DNA of 64,000 bases, from the IMG/VR virus record IMGVR_UViG_3300009155_000038; one strand, 5' to 3'. Below, one piece after another: positions 9,401 to 19,844 of the stretch. Origin of the DNA: a virus. The notes beneath the pieces were generated by a model. That model was given only the letters and a program-made list of their open reading frames with translations, did no database searches and was not told the DNA's origin. The position numbers were made by a program, and so were the translations under genes. Within the stretch, counting starts at the first letter, position 1; each line of letters opens with the position of its first letter.

Positions 9401-12026
9401 GACGAATAGTCGGACATGGCGGCTTTGGAATCGGCACAACAATGTCGAGTACAACGTCGAAAGCGCATTGACCGGGATCGTTGCAGTCGACAGGCGGAGT
9501 GTGATCTGGTTTGATTTCAAGTTTGTTACGCTTGCCGGCTACACACGTGCTACCTGCGTAGCCGCTTGAGACGTTAAACTCTTTGACGCGAATGTCGGGA
9601 CAGGGTGTACGCGGGATCGGTATTGCTACCTCTAAGGCAACATCAAATTCGCATTGTCCGGGATCATTGCAGTCGACGGGCAAAGTGTGCTTTGGCTCAA
9701 TACTGAATAGGTTCTTCGCGTTATTGAAACAAGTGTCGTCTGCGAAACCTGTTGTGACGACAAAATTTTTCGTGTTGATTAATGGGCAGGGTGTGCGCGG
9801 AATTGGCACAAGCACAGCCACGTCGAAGTCGTACTGACACGTACTTGGGGTATCACAGTCGCCGGGGATAGTCGTCGGCGTGATATCAAAACGATTGTAT
9901 TTATCATTGAGGCACGTTTCGTCGACAGGGTCGTTTGCAAAACTTGTCGTGACCTCAAACGATCTTGTGTTAATGATCGGGCACGGCGGCACCGGGATCG
10001 GAATGCTCAAGACCATAGCGACGTCAAAATTACACTCGCCCGGGTCATTGCAATCAACCGGGGCTACTGGCGCTGCTGTAATTGTGAACGTGCTCGTATC
10101 GCATTGCACTTCTTCCCAGTACGGCGTGTCATCTGCGATACCATCAGCGAAATTTACAAGCAGTTGCCAGCGCTTTGCTGGATTGAGTGTTTTCACGCGC
10201 ATTCCGACAAACCGCGATATTTGTGGAATTGCGCGCCGCGCTGCTATATCAGCAACTTCTAAATCAAAACGACAACAGTCGGTAGAGGTGATTTCGTCCC
10301 AGAATATTGTGTCGTCAGCTGTGCCGTTAGGAAATTTGCTGCGCAGCCGCCATAACTTTGGCGGCGTAGTCGTTTGTACGATCATACCAACGCTTTGTTG
10401 CGCATTTGAAATCGCAAGCCGATCGGCGATAGCGTTGACTGATATGGTGGGGCTGACGTGGTTGTTTGTGTTATTTGGGTCGAGCAACACCGTTGATACA
10501 TTAAACGCCGAAACGTTTATGGTTGGGCACGGCGGCCGCGGGATCGGGATATCAAGCACCAGATCTACATTAAACTCGCACTGCCCCGGATCATTACAGT
10601 TAGTCGGCGTAGTGTGGTCTGGTGTAATTAAAAAAGTGTTATTTGTCGTGTGGCAAGCGACACCGTCGTATCCTGTATCGTTGTATCCAACGGTGACCGA
10701 AAAATTACGCGCGGTAATAATCGGGCAAGGAGTGCGAGGAATTGGAACGTCAAGTTGTAAATCAAAATTGAACTCGCACTGGCCGGGGTCGTTGCAATTT
10801 GTCGGCAGAACGTGCTTCGTTGTGACTTCAAATTTGGTGTTAGCCGTGTGGCAACTCTGATCGTTATAGCTTTGATCGCTATAGCCCGTGTAGCCGCTTG
10901 TTACGACAAACGGGAAAGTGTTAATGATCGGGCACGGCGGCAATGGGATTGGCACGACAATTGACAAGTCGATATCAAATTCGCACTGATCTGCCGTATT
11001 ACAGTTGCCCGGGATGACTCGCGGCGTAACTTCAAAAAAGTTACTTTTGCTGCTCAAACAATCAAGCGCGCCAGTAAACGCATCACCGGAAAACCCGGAG
11101 TTAACTTCAAACGTTTTACGGTTAATAATTGGACAAGGCGTACGCGGGATCGGGATTGCGATTCCAACCTCTAGATCAAACGAGCAGCTGTCGGGAACGT
11201 TGCAGCCGTCGCTTGAAATAGTCTTTGGCGTGATTAAGAAAAAATTGCTTTTGCCGGCTAAGCACGAGTCGCCCGCGGAGTCAGTATCGAACCCAGTAGC
11301 GACGTCAAATGTTTTGAGGTTGATTTGCGGGCACGGGGGGCGCGGCAGCGGCACGGCAATTTCTACGTCGAGCGCAAATGCGCACTGATCTGCAGTATCA
11401 CAATCGCCTACAACAGTGGCCGGCGTAATTGTGAACGTGTTTCGCTTGCCGACCATGCAGGTATCGTTGTAATACCCAGAGTTCACACTAAACGTATTGA
11501 CATAAATCTGCGGGCATACTGGTTTTGGAATCGGGATACGTAGATCTAGATCTAATACAAACTCGCACTGGTCTGCTGTATTGCAGTCTCCGGGTGTGAG
11601 AATTTTTGTGACAGAAATTGTGTTTGTTGCCGTAATACAATCCTGATATCCAACTTCTAGGTTGAAGTTGCCACCTGTGATTGTTGTGCAGGGCGGCTTC
11701 GGGATTGGAATGGCAAGGTCGAGCGCCAGATCGTATTTACACGGATCGACATCTGTTTTTTCAACGCTGAACTTGATTACTGGCGCGGTGATACAGCCAG
11801 AATCTGTGTCGCCGCCGTAAGCGACGGCAAGAGTCGATACCGTAGAGAACTCTGGGCAGAACGGGCCGACTTCTGTAAACGGCTCACGTGGCACGATCGG
11901 CGCTGTGCAACCATAAATAGGCGGCGGAGCTTTCGGCACTGTGCAGACGTCATTAACAAAATCGAAATCCGCCTTTGGGACGGGCTCAATCGGACACTGC
12001 GAATTTTTAAACAGGTTTTCAGACAT
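6453..12026 (-). CDS. giant tail fibre-like protein: about 14 well-conserved plus about 5 degenerate 4-Cys repeats of 60-70 aa, then a C-terminal collagen domain
   Basis: Repeat consensus CPxINxxxFxVxxG..C...NxFxIxP....DCxxPxxCxFDxxLxIPIPxPP; G-X-Y region at about nt 6690-7890. Confidence 0.85.
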   Translation of the reverse strand: MSENLFKNSQCPIEPVPKADFDFVNDVCTVPKAPPPIYGCTAPIVPREPFTEVGPFCPEFSTVSTLAVAYGGDTDSGCITAPVIKFSVEKTDVDPCKYDLALDLAIPIPKPPCTTITGGNFNLEVGYQDCITATNTISVTKILTPGDCNTADQCEFVLDLDLRIPIPKPVCPQIYVNTFSVNSGYYNDTCMVGKRNTFTITPATVVGDCDTADQCAFALDVEIAVPLPRPPCPQINLKTFDVATGFDTDSAGDSCLAGKSNFFLITPKTISSDGCNVPDSCSFDLEVGIAIPIPRTPCPIINRKTFEVNSGFSGDAFTGALDCLSSKSNFFEVTPRVIPGNCNTADQCEFDIDLSIVVPIPLPPCPIINTFPFVVTSGYTGYSDQSYNDQSCHTANTKFEVTTKHVLPTNCNDPGQCEFNFDLQLDVPIPRTPCPIITARNFSVTVGYNDTGYDGVACHTTNNTFLITPDHTTPTNCNDPGQCEFNVDLVLDIPIPRPPCPTINVSAFNVSTVLLDPNNTNNHVSPTISVNAIADRLAISNAQQSVGMIVQTTTPPKLWRLRSKFPNGTADDTIFWDEITSTDCCRFDLEVADIAARRAIPQISRFVGMRVKTLNPAKRWQLLVNFADGIADDTPYWEEVQCDTSTFTITAAPVAPVDCNDPGECNFDVAMVLSIPIPVPPCPIINTRSFEVTTSFANDPVDETCLNDKYNRFDITPTTIPGDCDTPSTCQYDFDVAVLVPIPRTPCPLINTKNFVVTTGFADDTCFNNAKNLFSIEPKHTLPVDCNDPGQCEFDVALEVAIPIPRTPCPDIRVKEFNVSSGYAGSTCVAGKRNKLEIKPDHTPPVDCNDPGQCAFDVVLDIVVPIPKPPCPTIRRRKFTQQVQWAAEDCPLPESTFVIESDPVPRDGCTTPDNCNFNIDLELVIPIPIPPCPEINVTTFGVIAGYEDSTCVTQNSNVFTITPKLIPNDCGPPTCSFDVELQVVVPIPSPPCIEINKKSFTTSVGYVGTSCVTGKTNKLEIKKTIATSHDCNVPKETCSFDIELEIVVPLPVPPCPSIAGQLNAQNSFVAANQISSVNTNSYINITSYPATPTCSSPGQCGFFFDLFIDIPIPIIECVSIDFTSRQFDTRAGYNDLIFEIRPVHITNTGGEPQCRFEVDFDLRLNIIPPVCTPTVFGPVNIQRLPTGSVPYGYFDTSGSYYNAEQGSCITVANLNIAIPVPCELQIKKVTGSITAGVNKTDSAELIIWQESECLWRIQPDFKVKAVKECPVWKETEVNIVPKPRTSSIAADGSYLPLYAEDTTLKVEKQTTSQQYDCEYKLTLDVKQTALYGTEGSVSDRRLGGTDLGKTYTKIENGDIYVDVVLKVTDCPSSSGSGGGGTPGADGARGPSGPAGKDGKDGKDGKDSTVSGPTGATGLQGFPGQNGGPGPQGSQGPQGEQGIQGRQGDRGATGQPGAQGPQGPQGEMGPTGCIGITGMTGVSGVSGVSGVTGATGVTGATGAVGVAGATGASGPSGPSGPRGNAGPAGSAGATGATGPSGVAGPLGPSGPQGDTGPTGASGIQGISGVKGVTGLRGPSGASGATGPTGATGATGAQGLTGPRGITGVTGATGATGVTGPSGAVGATGASGLLGASGPAGPSGPQGITGATGATGVAGPSGARGASGPVGDKGATGATGFSGAVGPTGSTGVQGQTGATGATGLQGATGVTGAVGLQGSRGVTGATGVIGLTGGTGATGAKGATGATGVAGASGLIGATGPCGLNGINGVNGATGATGPKANLSGGAITSTPAVLSGNINAANDTLSAAINVNLSLLATNEEFQAAFITKFIEILGRNTAQSQAYRASLTPILREMLG
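7210..7253. repeat. 44-nt exact direct repeat, copy 2
   Basis: Identical to 6081..6124. Confidence 0.9.
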
Positions 12027-12041
12027 AACGGCTATCTCGTG

Positions 12042-12983
12042 CTATGTTGTCGCAGCGCAGTTGGTTTGGGAGTTGGTCCGCTTTGTTATTTTTATCTGCC
12101 CGTCAGCCGTGCTAATGGTAACACCATTTCCGCCGACAAAATTAATGTTTGTTCCGGTTACGCCGTTAATTGTGGCAATCAACTCATCGCAGGCCGGACC
12201 GCCGCTAAAAAACTGACTGCCGCTCGGCAAAACCTCGTTAGGCGACAGCGGTATTTCGCTGCCGTTGGCGCACAGCTCGGCATCAACCGGTGTACCGCCG
12301 CCAACGACAGCTGAAATAGCGATCTGATTGTCCCGGTCTGTTTGAGTAATTTCGCAATTATAGCCAGCTTTAAATCGGATGTCGCCGGCCATGCACGCTG
12401 CAGTTTTAATGACGTTACGGACAGGCATATCGGGTGCTGTACTGTCGCAAGCCGGTATGCGCGTACGGTCATAGTTGCCCAAAGTAATAGAGCGCAAATA
12501 CGACTTTTGCAGATCTTGAATCCGCGTCGGTTCTAACTGATACGCGTTGCGCTCAAACGTGAGCGTGCCGCCTACATCGACTGCAGCGCGCAAATCTGTT
12601 AACGGTCCGGTAACAATAAAACCGGACCACGTGGGCAACGTATTGCACATATTTACGCCAACATTGGTCGGGGAGGCTGAGTCGGCGTATTCGATTGCCC
12701 ACGCGTCATCTGTATCTCGCCTAAAAAAATTAAGCGCTTGGGCGGCCGGAGCGCTATCGTCATAGCCGTACTTGAATGTAAACGTAAACCCGGACGCGAC
12801 GCGCTGAACAGTAGCGAGCCACACCGAGTAGTTTACGTCGCGGCCGTCAAGCGCTGTTAGACCTAGCGTGATACCAGCGTCTACTATTGCGCTATTTGGC
12901 AGGATTGGATCGCGCTGCAGTTTCAAGTAAATAAACGGATACGCACGATATTCGTTGTCGTTATAAAATCCGGGCTCAGGCAT
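12042..12983 (-). CDS. putative tail/fibre structural protein (paralog family member 1)
   Basis: N-terminal FYNDNEYRAYPF, GDIRFKAGYN and ATINGV motifs shared with the four upstream genes. Confidence 0.75.
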   Translation of the reverse strand: MPEPGFYNDNEYRAYPFIYLKLQRDPILPNSAIVDAGITLGLTALDGRDVNYSVWLATVQRVASGFTFTFKYGYDDSAPAAQALNFFRRDTDDAWAIEYADSASPTNVGVNMCNTLPTWSGFIVTGPLTDLRAAVDVGGTLTFERNAYQLEPTRIQDLQKSYLRSITLGNYDRTRIPACDSTAPDMPVRNVIKTAACMAGDIRFKAGYNCEITQTDRDNQIAISAVVGGGTPVDAELCANGSEIPLSPNEVLPSGSQFFSGGPACDELIATINGVTGTNINFVGGNGVTISTADGQIKITKRTNSQTNCAATT

Positions 12984-13756
12984 TACTTGATACTCCTGCC
13001 AATTGTATCGACGACAATTGTCCCGTTCTGCGGGTAAACGCGCAACACCGCATTATCAACGTTTTGATCGGTCGCGGTAATTGTAAAATTGCCGTATTCG
13101 TCGGGGCCGCAGCCGTTGATTGTTTTCAAGAATTTTTTTGGCTTGAAACTGCCGAGCGGCTCGCACACAAACCGTTTAAATAGCGGTTCGCCAATAATAT
13201 CAATACGAATTACGCCGGGTTCACTATCCGGGCGCACGACAATGCCTTGGTCGCCGACAAGCCAGATGTCGCCGGTAAGCAGCTCGCCTGTGTCGGCTGT
13301 CAAACCACGCACACCCGGTTCATTAGCCGGCAGCACAACGCTGGCGACGAACTCGGTGGCGGTAGAACTGAACACGTACGTGCCTATAGGCAGCGCAGAA
13401 AACGTGGCCAGCTTAAGTGGCGTTGATAACAGCGATCCGGCTGGTCGCCCATAACTATCAAAAAAAGACACAAGTCCGTTGACTGGTGGGCTGAGTAGGT
13501 CAAAGCTGCCTGTTAGCAAAATCAACGTATTTTGATCGCCCACCTTGAACGTTACAGTCCACGCTGTAATTTCAATAGCCGATATATACACGCAACCAAC
13601 AGCGCCGATCGGATAAAACACGGCGTCAATAAAAGTATCATTACCAATATTGAATGAACCACCGGCGGTACTTAAAGACGCGCTGTCAGAAAACGGATAT
13701 CTAGAGTTCGATTGTTCGTCGCGGAACTGCGGATAAAGAATGCGCGCGTCAGTCAT
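12983..13756 (-). CDS. putative tail/fibre structural protein (paralog family member 2)
   Basis: EQSNSRYPF, GDIWLVGDQG and KTINGCGPDEYGN motifs. Confidence 0.75.
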   Translation of the reverse strand: MTDARILYPQFRDEQSNSRYPFSDSASLSTAGGSFNIGNDTFIDAVFYPIGAVGCVYISAIEITAWTVTFKVGDQNTLILLTGSFDLLSPPVNGLVSFFDSYGRPAGSLLSTPLKLATFSALPIGTYVFSSTATEFVASVVLPANEPGVRGLTADTGELLTGDIWLVGDQGIVVRPDSEPGVIRIDIIGEPLFKRFVCEPLGSFKPKKFLKTINGCGPDEYGNFTITATDQNVDNAVLRVYPQNGTIVVDTIGRSIK

Positions 13757-13757
13757 G

Positions 13758-15464
13758 TTATGTCACAGTAAATTTGTTGAAGTAAGTGTAAGATCGCTGC
13801 GCAAACAAACCAGCGAAACCGACGGGATCGCCATAGTTGGCGATCTCTGCCGTTCCCGTTACGGCGTGCGTGCCAGACAGTTCAGCCACGGCAAAACTTA
13901 GGCTTACGCCAACAGTATTCAATGCCGGCGAGACACTCACGCGATACCACTTATCAAGCGCGGCCGCGTAGGCTACAGATGCTTCTTCTACAAATTGACT
14001 GCCGTTGTATCGCAATACACGGACACGGGCGCGAGTGACGTCTAGCATCACGGCAACGTATGTTGTAATGATGCGCCCGTTTATTTTTTCTTGGCGGTAA
14101 TTCAAAACAATGCCGCCGTTTCGTTCAATACCCTCCACGCCGATTTTAAATTCGACAGTCATTGTCCGCCCGGTGGCCCAGTCTGTAGCGCAGTTTTTTA
14201 ATGTGCAGATATTTGTACCGCCAATACCGGCAGACGCATACACATTGTGCTGCGTCAGCGCTGTTAATGTGCTGACGCAGCAGCCTACGGGGGCGGACGT
14301 AGCAGTCACAATAAACCGACCTAGCCGTGTTTCAAATAACGGCGATGCGTCGCAGTGCGTGAAATCATGACATAGCGGCAACGTGAGGCAGGCATAGTTT
14401 TGCGCGTTAAGTGTCTCGTCGACAATGATATCAATTTGTGTCGTTGGGTCTGACAAGCAATACGCGTCAATCACGTTTCCCGTCGTGACATAAGTTGTCC
14501 CGACCCAGTTATATGTCTGATTTGTGTCTAGCGCGCCGTAAATTTTTGTGCTGTCTCCCGGCGACGGAAACGCGCCAAGACTGCTAAAAATTAAAAGCTC
14601 GCCGCCGGTGCCGCAGCATTCGTCTTTGAACTCTTGCGGTTTCTTTTGTTTATTGCTTGCGCACACAGCGGGAAGGCCGACGTCTGTAAGAACGTCCATG
14701 CCGCCGCATTCGGCAAAATTACGTGCGTCAAAACCGTCGAACACAATGTTGATGTTCCCGTCGCAGTCGGGTTCAATCCCGTTGATCGATTCAATAGGTT
14801 GTTTGGGACATGTGCCGCTTTCTGGTCGTTGCCCGCATGGACCGAGAAACTCCGATAGCGGATTTATTGTGTTCGTAATTTGTTTTGTGTCTAGCCGGAA
14901 GACTATCGCAGGAAAATCAGTATCGGCGTAACTAATATTTTCGTGCGTTGCCGTCACAGGTGTTGAACCAATAATCGACACGACGCCTTGTAGCGATGTT
15001 GCCAGATTTAATTTGCCAATTGTCGGAATAGGCAGCGGTCTATACGGTTTCGCGTTTCTAGGTTGTACGAGTGTCTGCGCCGGATACGTGTACCGCCCGC
15101 TGAACTCAGTTTCAATTCCGGGTCCAAATACCACCCAGCCCGAAACACCCGGCACAAGTCCTGTCACGCTGTAATTGAGATACGGCGTGACAGGTTTTGG
15201 CAGTGAGATCGCCGCTATTGTTGGCCCTGACGGCGCGTTTCTGTCATTTACTGCGCCGAATACGACAGTGACGATACCCGCCGAAACGCTTAGACCCTGT
15301 ACGTATAAATACTGCCCGGCTGTTTTCGGAAATTGAATGTTGCAGTCAACGATAATGTCGTCGCGAATAAAGTTACCAGCATCGTCTATACCGGTACACG
15401 ACTCGTCGAGCGGGTATCGACGCGTTGACTGGAGGTTGTACCAATTTTTATTGCGTATAGACAT
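13758..15464 (-). CDS. putative fibre/receptor-binding protein (paralog 3) with a C-terminal concanavalin A/lectin-like beta-sandwich
   Basis: WYNLQSTRRYPL and ESINGIEPDCDGN motifs; beta-rich C-terminus (GGIVLNYR...DKWYRVSV...VGFAGL...YFNKFTV). Start reassigned to ATG 15464. Confidence 0.7.
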   Translation of the reverse strand: MSIRNKNWYNLQSTRRYPLDESCTGIDDAGNFIRDDIIVDCNIQFPKTAGQYLYVQGLSVSAGIVTVVFGAVNDRNAPSGPTIAAISLPKPVTPYLNYSVTGLVPGVSGWVVFGPGIETEFSGRYTYPAQTLVQPRNAKPYRPLPIPTIGKLNLATSLQGVVSIIGSTPVTATHENISYADTDFPAIVFRLDTKQITNTINPLSEFLGPCGQRPESGTCPKQPIESINGIEPDCDGNINIVFDGFDARNFAECGGMDVLTDVGLPAVCASNKQKKPQEFKDECCGTGGELLIFSSLGAFPSPGDSTKIYGALDTNQTYNWVGTTYVTTGNVIDAYCLSDPTTQIDIIVDETLNAQNYACLTLPLCHDFTHCDASPLFETRLGRFIVTATSAPVGCCVSTLTALTQHNVYASAGIGGTNICTLKNCATDWATGRTMTVEFKIGVEGIERNGGIVLNYRQEKINGRIITTYVAVMLDVTRARVRVLRYNGSQFVEEASVAYAAALDKWYRVSVSPALNTVGVSLSFAVAELSGTHAVTGTAEIANYGDPVGFAGLFAQRSYTYFNKFTVT

Positions 15465-15468
15465 GTTA

Positions 15469-16995
15469 TTAGCACGGTAGTTCAGTGTAACCAGTAGCGC
15501 TACAGTAAAGCGCTTGTGTTGTTTCAGCCGTGACCGGTACACCGTCTACAGGATCGGCGCAATTATTCAATAGCGGCCCACCTGTGTCGAGCATGACGCC
15601 TGTTAACGCGCCAGAGATAGCATACGGTCCAAATGGTTTATGCTTGATATGCGTAATCGGATCTGTTTCTGTAAATTTCAACCGAAACTTGATATACGCA
15701 GACTCGCCCGGCGGTAACTGCGGAAAAAACGCGGAATACGTGAGTCCGTCTGCGCTCGCGGTAACGCTTGTAGCTTTGCCGCTAATATTCGGCGCAAACA
15801 TAGCAGTGTACCCACACTCCAACGACGGCGTTATAGTTGGCGCGGCGGTAATGGCGACTTGCAATTTACTCGCGCCAAGGCACGTGCTGCACGAATTACA
15901 TACCATCATTACAACGTCCATATACGGGCAGCGCTGCGGCACAAGAATTAAACGCAGCGGTCTTTGCACGCTGCACGCCCGTTGGTCGTTCCAGCGTAAA
16001 ATGTTGCTCTCAAATTGATTCCGTACGTTCTCAGCACGTACGCCAATTAGCTTGTACTGGTCTACGGTTTCGTTTAGATATTTTGCTGTGTCAACATAGT
16101 CGCCGCAGCTGCAACACGGCGCGCAGTCTGCGCCAAATTTTAATTGCCCCGGCGGCGACACAATGCTTGTACCAGTATGCGTTGTTGGTCGTCGAGCCCA
16201 GATACAGTCTGCTGCGGACAATAAAAAGTCGCCGTTAACACCAGCAGTACCGTTGATACGTGTAATAGGTTTTGTTGCTTCAGTATCCAGACAATCAATG
16301 TACTTGCCCAGTCCTGAACCGGCCTCAGCATTGATAACCACATCTGTGGCCGCTCTAAACGTTTGATTCGTTTGCGCTGTAGCCGTAATCTCGGTGTTGT
16401 AACCGTTGTGCAGCTTAATTTGCCCGCTGTATGGCCCTGAAACAATATTGTTATTTTTGACGCGTAGCGATAACAGCCGTTTCGGCATTTTGTACACTGC
16501 GCGCTCGTCAAGCACCGCATTCACCGGCGTTAAATAGCGCGGGTAGTTTCTGCGCGCCAAATTGTCTGGCGCCCACGTGCTGTAAACAACAAGCCGACAA
16601 ATGCTGCTCGTTTTTTTCCACGTGTAAATTTTGTAGTCGCGGCTCCAGTCGGCAACCGCAAACGTGACGTCACCGCTAAACGTACTAAATACAACTTTGT
16701 TTGCCGAGTCGACTACAGTTATATCGGCGCCGTGCACGAGCGCCGGAAACCCGGTTGGCGGTGAGTTTTCGATGCAGCCAACGCCTGCTAAGTAAGTGAT
16801 GCGGAGCGGATGCCGCATGGCAGGCTGAGCATGCGTGTAATCACCCGGATCGTCATACGCCAAGTAGAAGTCTGCGATGAGGCTATCAATATCATCAGAC
16901 GGCGCGACAAGCGGGTAATCTAAACCGCTCTGCGGCTGAATGACGCCGATGCCGGCGCGGCCGTGCTGAGATGTGACAAAATCGGGGCAGGCCAT
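15469..16995 (-). CDS. putative tail/fibre structural protein (paralog 4), Cys-rich
   Basis: QPQSGLDYPL, GQIKLHNGYN and TRINGTAG motifs, plus CAPCCSC followed by a coiled-coil-like segment. Confidence 0.75.
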   Translation of the reverse strand: MACPDFVTSQHGRAGIGVIQPQSGLDYPLVAPSDDIDSLIADFYLAYDDPGDYTHAQPAMRHPLRITYLAGVGCIENSPPTGFPALVHGADITVVDSANKVVFSTFSGDVTFAVADWSRDYKIYTWKKTSSICRLVVYSTWAPDNLARRNYPRYLTPVNAVLDERAVYKMPKRLLSLRVKNNNIVSGPYSGQIKLHNGYNTEITATAQTNQTFRAATDVVINAEAGSGLGKYIDCLDTEATKPITRINGTAGVNGDFLLSAADCIWARRPTTHTGTSIVSPPGQLKFGADCAPCCSCGDYVDTAKYLNETVDQYKLIGVRAENVRNQFESNILRWNDQRACSVQRPLRLILVPQRCPYMDVVMMVCNSCSTCLGASKLQVAITAAPTITPSLECGYTAMFAPNISGKATSVTASADGLTYSAFFPQLPPGESAYIKFRLKFTETDPITHIKHKPFGPYAISGALTGVMLDTGGPLLNNCADPVDGVPVTAETTQALYCSATGYTELPC

Positions 16996-16998
16996 ATG

Positions 16999-17943
16999 TC
17001 ACCCCGTCGCGCAGCCGGAATCACCCAACTGGCTTCCAAGCACGACAAGATTCATTTGCGTCACTTCAGACCCGAGTCGCGTTACAAAGTTTTGCAGCGT
17101 GGCTACACCAGTACCAAAACTATTGATTTGTTGCGTAATAGCGTCCAACTCTGTGCAGCCGCAGCACGGTGACGCACACGTGTCGGCGAACGACAGACCA
17201 CCCAGAATCGGCGCAATCTCAACGCACGCGTCCTGCGCGAATGTGAAATTACCATCTGGGCTGCAGACGCCGTTGATGCAACGAATGCACTCTGCTGTGT
17301 CGGGAATGTTACAAGCGCAATCTTGATTTAGCCCCGTACCAGCAATAGCATCGAGAGTAATTTCTGTTTCGCCTGACGGGAGCGAAGCAACATTGATACG
17401 CATGTTTGTCCCGGCAACTAACACTACGTCGCCGTAAATTGGCGTACTAGTTTCGTTATTATTAACCACTACTAGCCGAGAGACGGCGCGAATCATTGGC
17501 CTGATAGCGTCTGACTCTAAGTTACCGCCGGCTATGTCAAACGTGTACTGCCCGGGCGGCAGGGTGTCGACCTCAGAAACGTCGCCTAAAACGATACGGC
17601 CGACGATATCGTCAAATGAGCCGATGCCGCCAAGTGCGTACGACTGGTTTTGTGTGTAGCTCCCGCGTGAAATATTGGCGGTTGCGACTTCAACTGATTG
17701 ATCGTCGGCCTGATAGCTAACTGTAATATTGAAACCAGCCGGCGACAGAAGTACGCCGCTGATAAAAAAATTATTGGGCGTGAACGCCAGCCCAGAATGA
17801 ATTGGCAGGTAAAGCCCAACGATGAAGCTATCCGGCAGTCTGATCGTGCCTGTGATATCAGTTTTTGTGGCGCTCTCTGTCAGCGGGTATGACCGCTGAG
17901 AATTGTGGTTAAGCCACTGTAGATTCCAGTTTCCGATTGGCAT
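16999..17943 (-). CDS. putative tail/fibre structural protein (paralog 5), Cys-rich
   Basis: WLNHNSQRSYPL, GDVVLVAGTN and RCINGVCSPDGN motifs, plus CASPCCGC followed by a coiled coil. Confidence 0.75.
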   Translation of the reverse strand: MPIGNWNLQWLNHNSQRSYPLTESATKTDITGTIRLPDSFIVGLYLPIHSGLAFTPNNFFISGVLLSPAGFNITVSYQADDQSVEVATANISRGSYTQNQSYALGGIGSFDDIVGRIVLGDVSEVDTLPPGQYTFDIAGGNLESDAIRPMIRAVSRLVVVNNNETSTPIYGDVVLVAGTNMRINVASLPSGETEITLDAIAGTGLNQDCACNIPDTAECIRCINGVCSPDGNFTFAQDACVEIAPILGGLSFADTCASPCCGCTELDAITQQINSFGTGVATLQNFVTRLGSEVTQMNLVVLGSQLGDSGCATG

Positions 17944-17961
17944 AACAATTCACGCGACAAG

Positions 17962-19836
17962 TTATGTGGCACTGTAAACAATTCCGCTAATTCTTAACAC
18001 GCCGACTTCGGCGTATACGTCGGCTGTGTTTTCTGCGCGGCCAAGCGTTACGAGCACAGTATCGCCAGCTTCGATTTGGAATTCAGCGCTGTCTACTTGC
18101 GCAACCGTGTCAAGTCGCAACGCCAAGGCGGAATTAAAACTAAGCGATGTGTCAGTAGTCGGCAGCGGCGAACCGCCCGCGGCGGGCTTTGGCAGCCGGC
18201 GATAGCTCATGTATAGCGCAGGCAGAGTCGCCGCCTGTGTCGGTGTGCCGCCGCGGCCGAAGAAACGCACACGAATTTTCATCCGCAGATTATCGCCAAG
18301 ATTGCTGTCGGCAACGTTGAGCCGCACGCGCAGCAACGAACCCTGCCCAGCTGGGAAACCAAGATACGGAATGTCCATATACAGACGCTCGACCGTGTCG
18401 CTCAGCCGAATGATTTGCGGCGCTACTTCTCGTTCAACCAGCGCGTCTGTGTAGTCGATTTTCAATATGCCTTGTTGCAGCGGCACTACCGCCGTCGTGG
18501 GCATGTTTAGGTCTTCAAGCTCCGCTACGGTCAGATTGCGCTTTACACCGCGCGTGCCAGTAATGCTGATCTGGCCGGATGTTGTAAACGCGCCCTCGGT
18601 TACCCAGCCAGCTTTAAGCTTTTTACCCGCAACAATTTCTTTGATTGCTTCGCCGCCGATGGCTTCTTCGGCAACACGTTGCAGATTCAAATTAAGCGCT
18701 AAGTCACCCGTAGATCCCGGCTGATCATTGCAATTCAAGATGGTGATTGGGCTATCGGGGCCGGGCACAAGGCTGGTTACGGCGTTACGATCATTGCCCA
18801 GCAGCATACGCAAGAACACCACCGAGATGCGCATGCGCTCATCGAGCGGGCAGGCAGTAGGGTCAAACGGTGTAACAGGCGCGCTAGGATTGATATTTTC
18901 CGGCCACGGTGTTTCACCTAAGCAACTGGACATCCACCAAATACCGTTGGTGTCACAAATCACAAGACCTGTCGGGCCGAGCGGCACTTCACCAGCGCCG
19001 TGTTGGTACTCAGCCCTATCCCATAGCACGGCAACGGACTGGATTGGCAACGGCGGCCACACGTTGGCAAGCGCCTGATGCTTTTTGATGTTGTATCCAA
19101 ATGCTGCGCCGGCAGGAGCTTTGCCGTTAAAAATAGCGTTACTTGCGGGCAACCAGCCGGGCAGGTTTGGATTTTCGGATACGATTTGTGCGTGCGTTTT
19201 ACCAAAACGCTGCGTTGTCGATAAGCCAGCGCCAGCCGGGCGTGCTACAAGTTCAAATCGGTAATGTGTGTGCTCAGCAATAAAATCTCGCGGTGTCGGC
19301 ATCACAATGACACGCGGGACGTCAGAGCAGTTGTCTTTTGGGCCCTGAACGTAGCACACGCCTACGCTAACGCCGGGGCGCTGTTTGACGAGTTTACCGG
19401 GCTCCACACCAGACAGGTAATACCGGCCGGGCGAGATGGGCGCGACAATAGCGTTAGTCAGTTCTGGGATGCTGACGATGCCGCGCAGCACAATGTCGCC
19501 GAGCGTCTCAGACTTTTTATGCAGGCAGATGCCAACGCAGTCTGATGACGGCTGTACAACGAGCGCCTGCGTTGTCTGATCGACCGCAACAGCCGCCAGC
19601 GCGGATTCGTACCGGTGTGTTGTGTAATTCCAAAAAACGGGCTGCCCGGGTAGTACGGACGGTGCAATTGTGGCGTCGGAATCGAACAGTGCCTGCCCGA
19701 CAGCGGCGGCGTCCAGACGATCCTTCAAATAGTCGGTACGCGCGGCCAGCGTTTGATCTGGGCGGTTAACAACCCCTGCCTGCACAGGCTCGCCGGGGTT
19801 GACGTACTTTATGTTATTAAGCCAGTTCCCGGACAT
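17962..19836 (-). CDS. putative tail-fibre/baseplate attachment protein
   Basis: N-terminal AGVVNRPDQTLAARTDYLKDRLD resembles the fibre N-terminal anchor motif (NR...LA.RT.YLK) of myophage fibres; GGAGG SD. Confidence 0.6.
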   Translation of the reverse strand: MSGNWLNNIKYVNPGEPVQAGVVNRPDQTLAARTDYLKDRLDAAAVGQALFDSDATIAPSVLPGQPVFWNYTTHRYESALAAVAVDQTTQALVVQPSSDCVGICLHKKSETLGDIVLRGIVSIPELTNAIVAPISPGRYYLSGVEPGKLVKQRPGVSVGVCYVQGPKDNCSDVPRVIVMPTPRDFIAEHTHYRFELVARPAGAGLSTTQRFGKTHAQIVSENPNLPGWLPASNAIFNGKAPAGAAFGYNIKKHQALANVWPPLPIQSVAVLWDRAEYQHGAGEVPLGPTGLVICDTNGIWWMSSCLGETPWPENINPSAPVTPFDPTACPLDERMRISVVFLRMLLGNDRNAVTSLVPGPDSPITILNCNDQPGSTGDLALNLNLQRVAEEAIGGEAIKEIVAGKKLKAGWVTEGAFTTSGQISITGTRGVKRNLTVAELEDLNMPTTAVVPLQQGILKIDYTDALVEREVAPQIIRLSDTVERLYMDIPYLGFPAGQGSLLRVRLNVADSNLGDNLRMKIRVRFFGRGGTPTQAATLPALYMSYRRLPKPAAGGSPLPTTDTSLSFNSALALRLDTVAQVDSAEFQIEAGDTVLVTLGRAENTADVYAEVGVLRISGIVYSAT

Positions 19837-19844
19837 CCTTGTCC
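19831..19844 (-). promoter_or_regulatory. CsrA-type binding hairpin GGAC-AAGGAU-GUCC overlapping the start codon of 17962..19836
   Basis: Contains ACAAGGAUGU, the core of the CsrA SELEX consensus RUACARGGAUGU, in a 4-bp stem with a hexaloop, 3' of the GGAGG SD. Confidence 0.75.

Noticed and set aside
5144-12026. Possible CRISPR array or DGR template/variable repeats in the repetitive fibre region
   Set aside because: The repeats are in-frame coding repeats with no constant repeat-spacer period. No reverse transcriptase or cas gene is in the window, and I saw no adenine-specific mismatch pattern.
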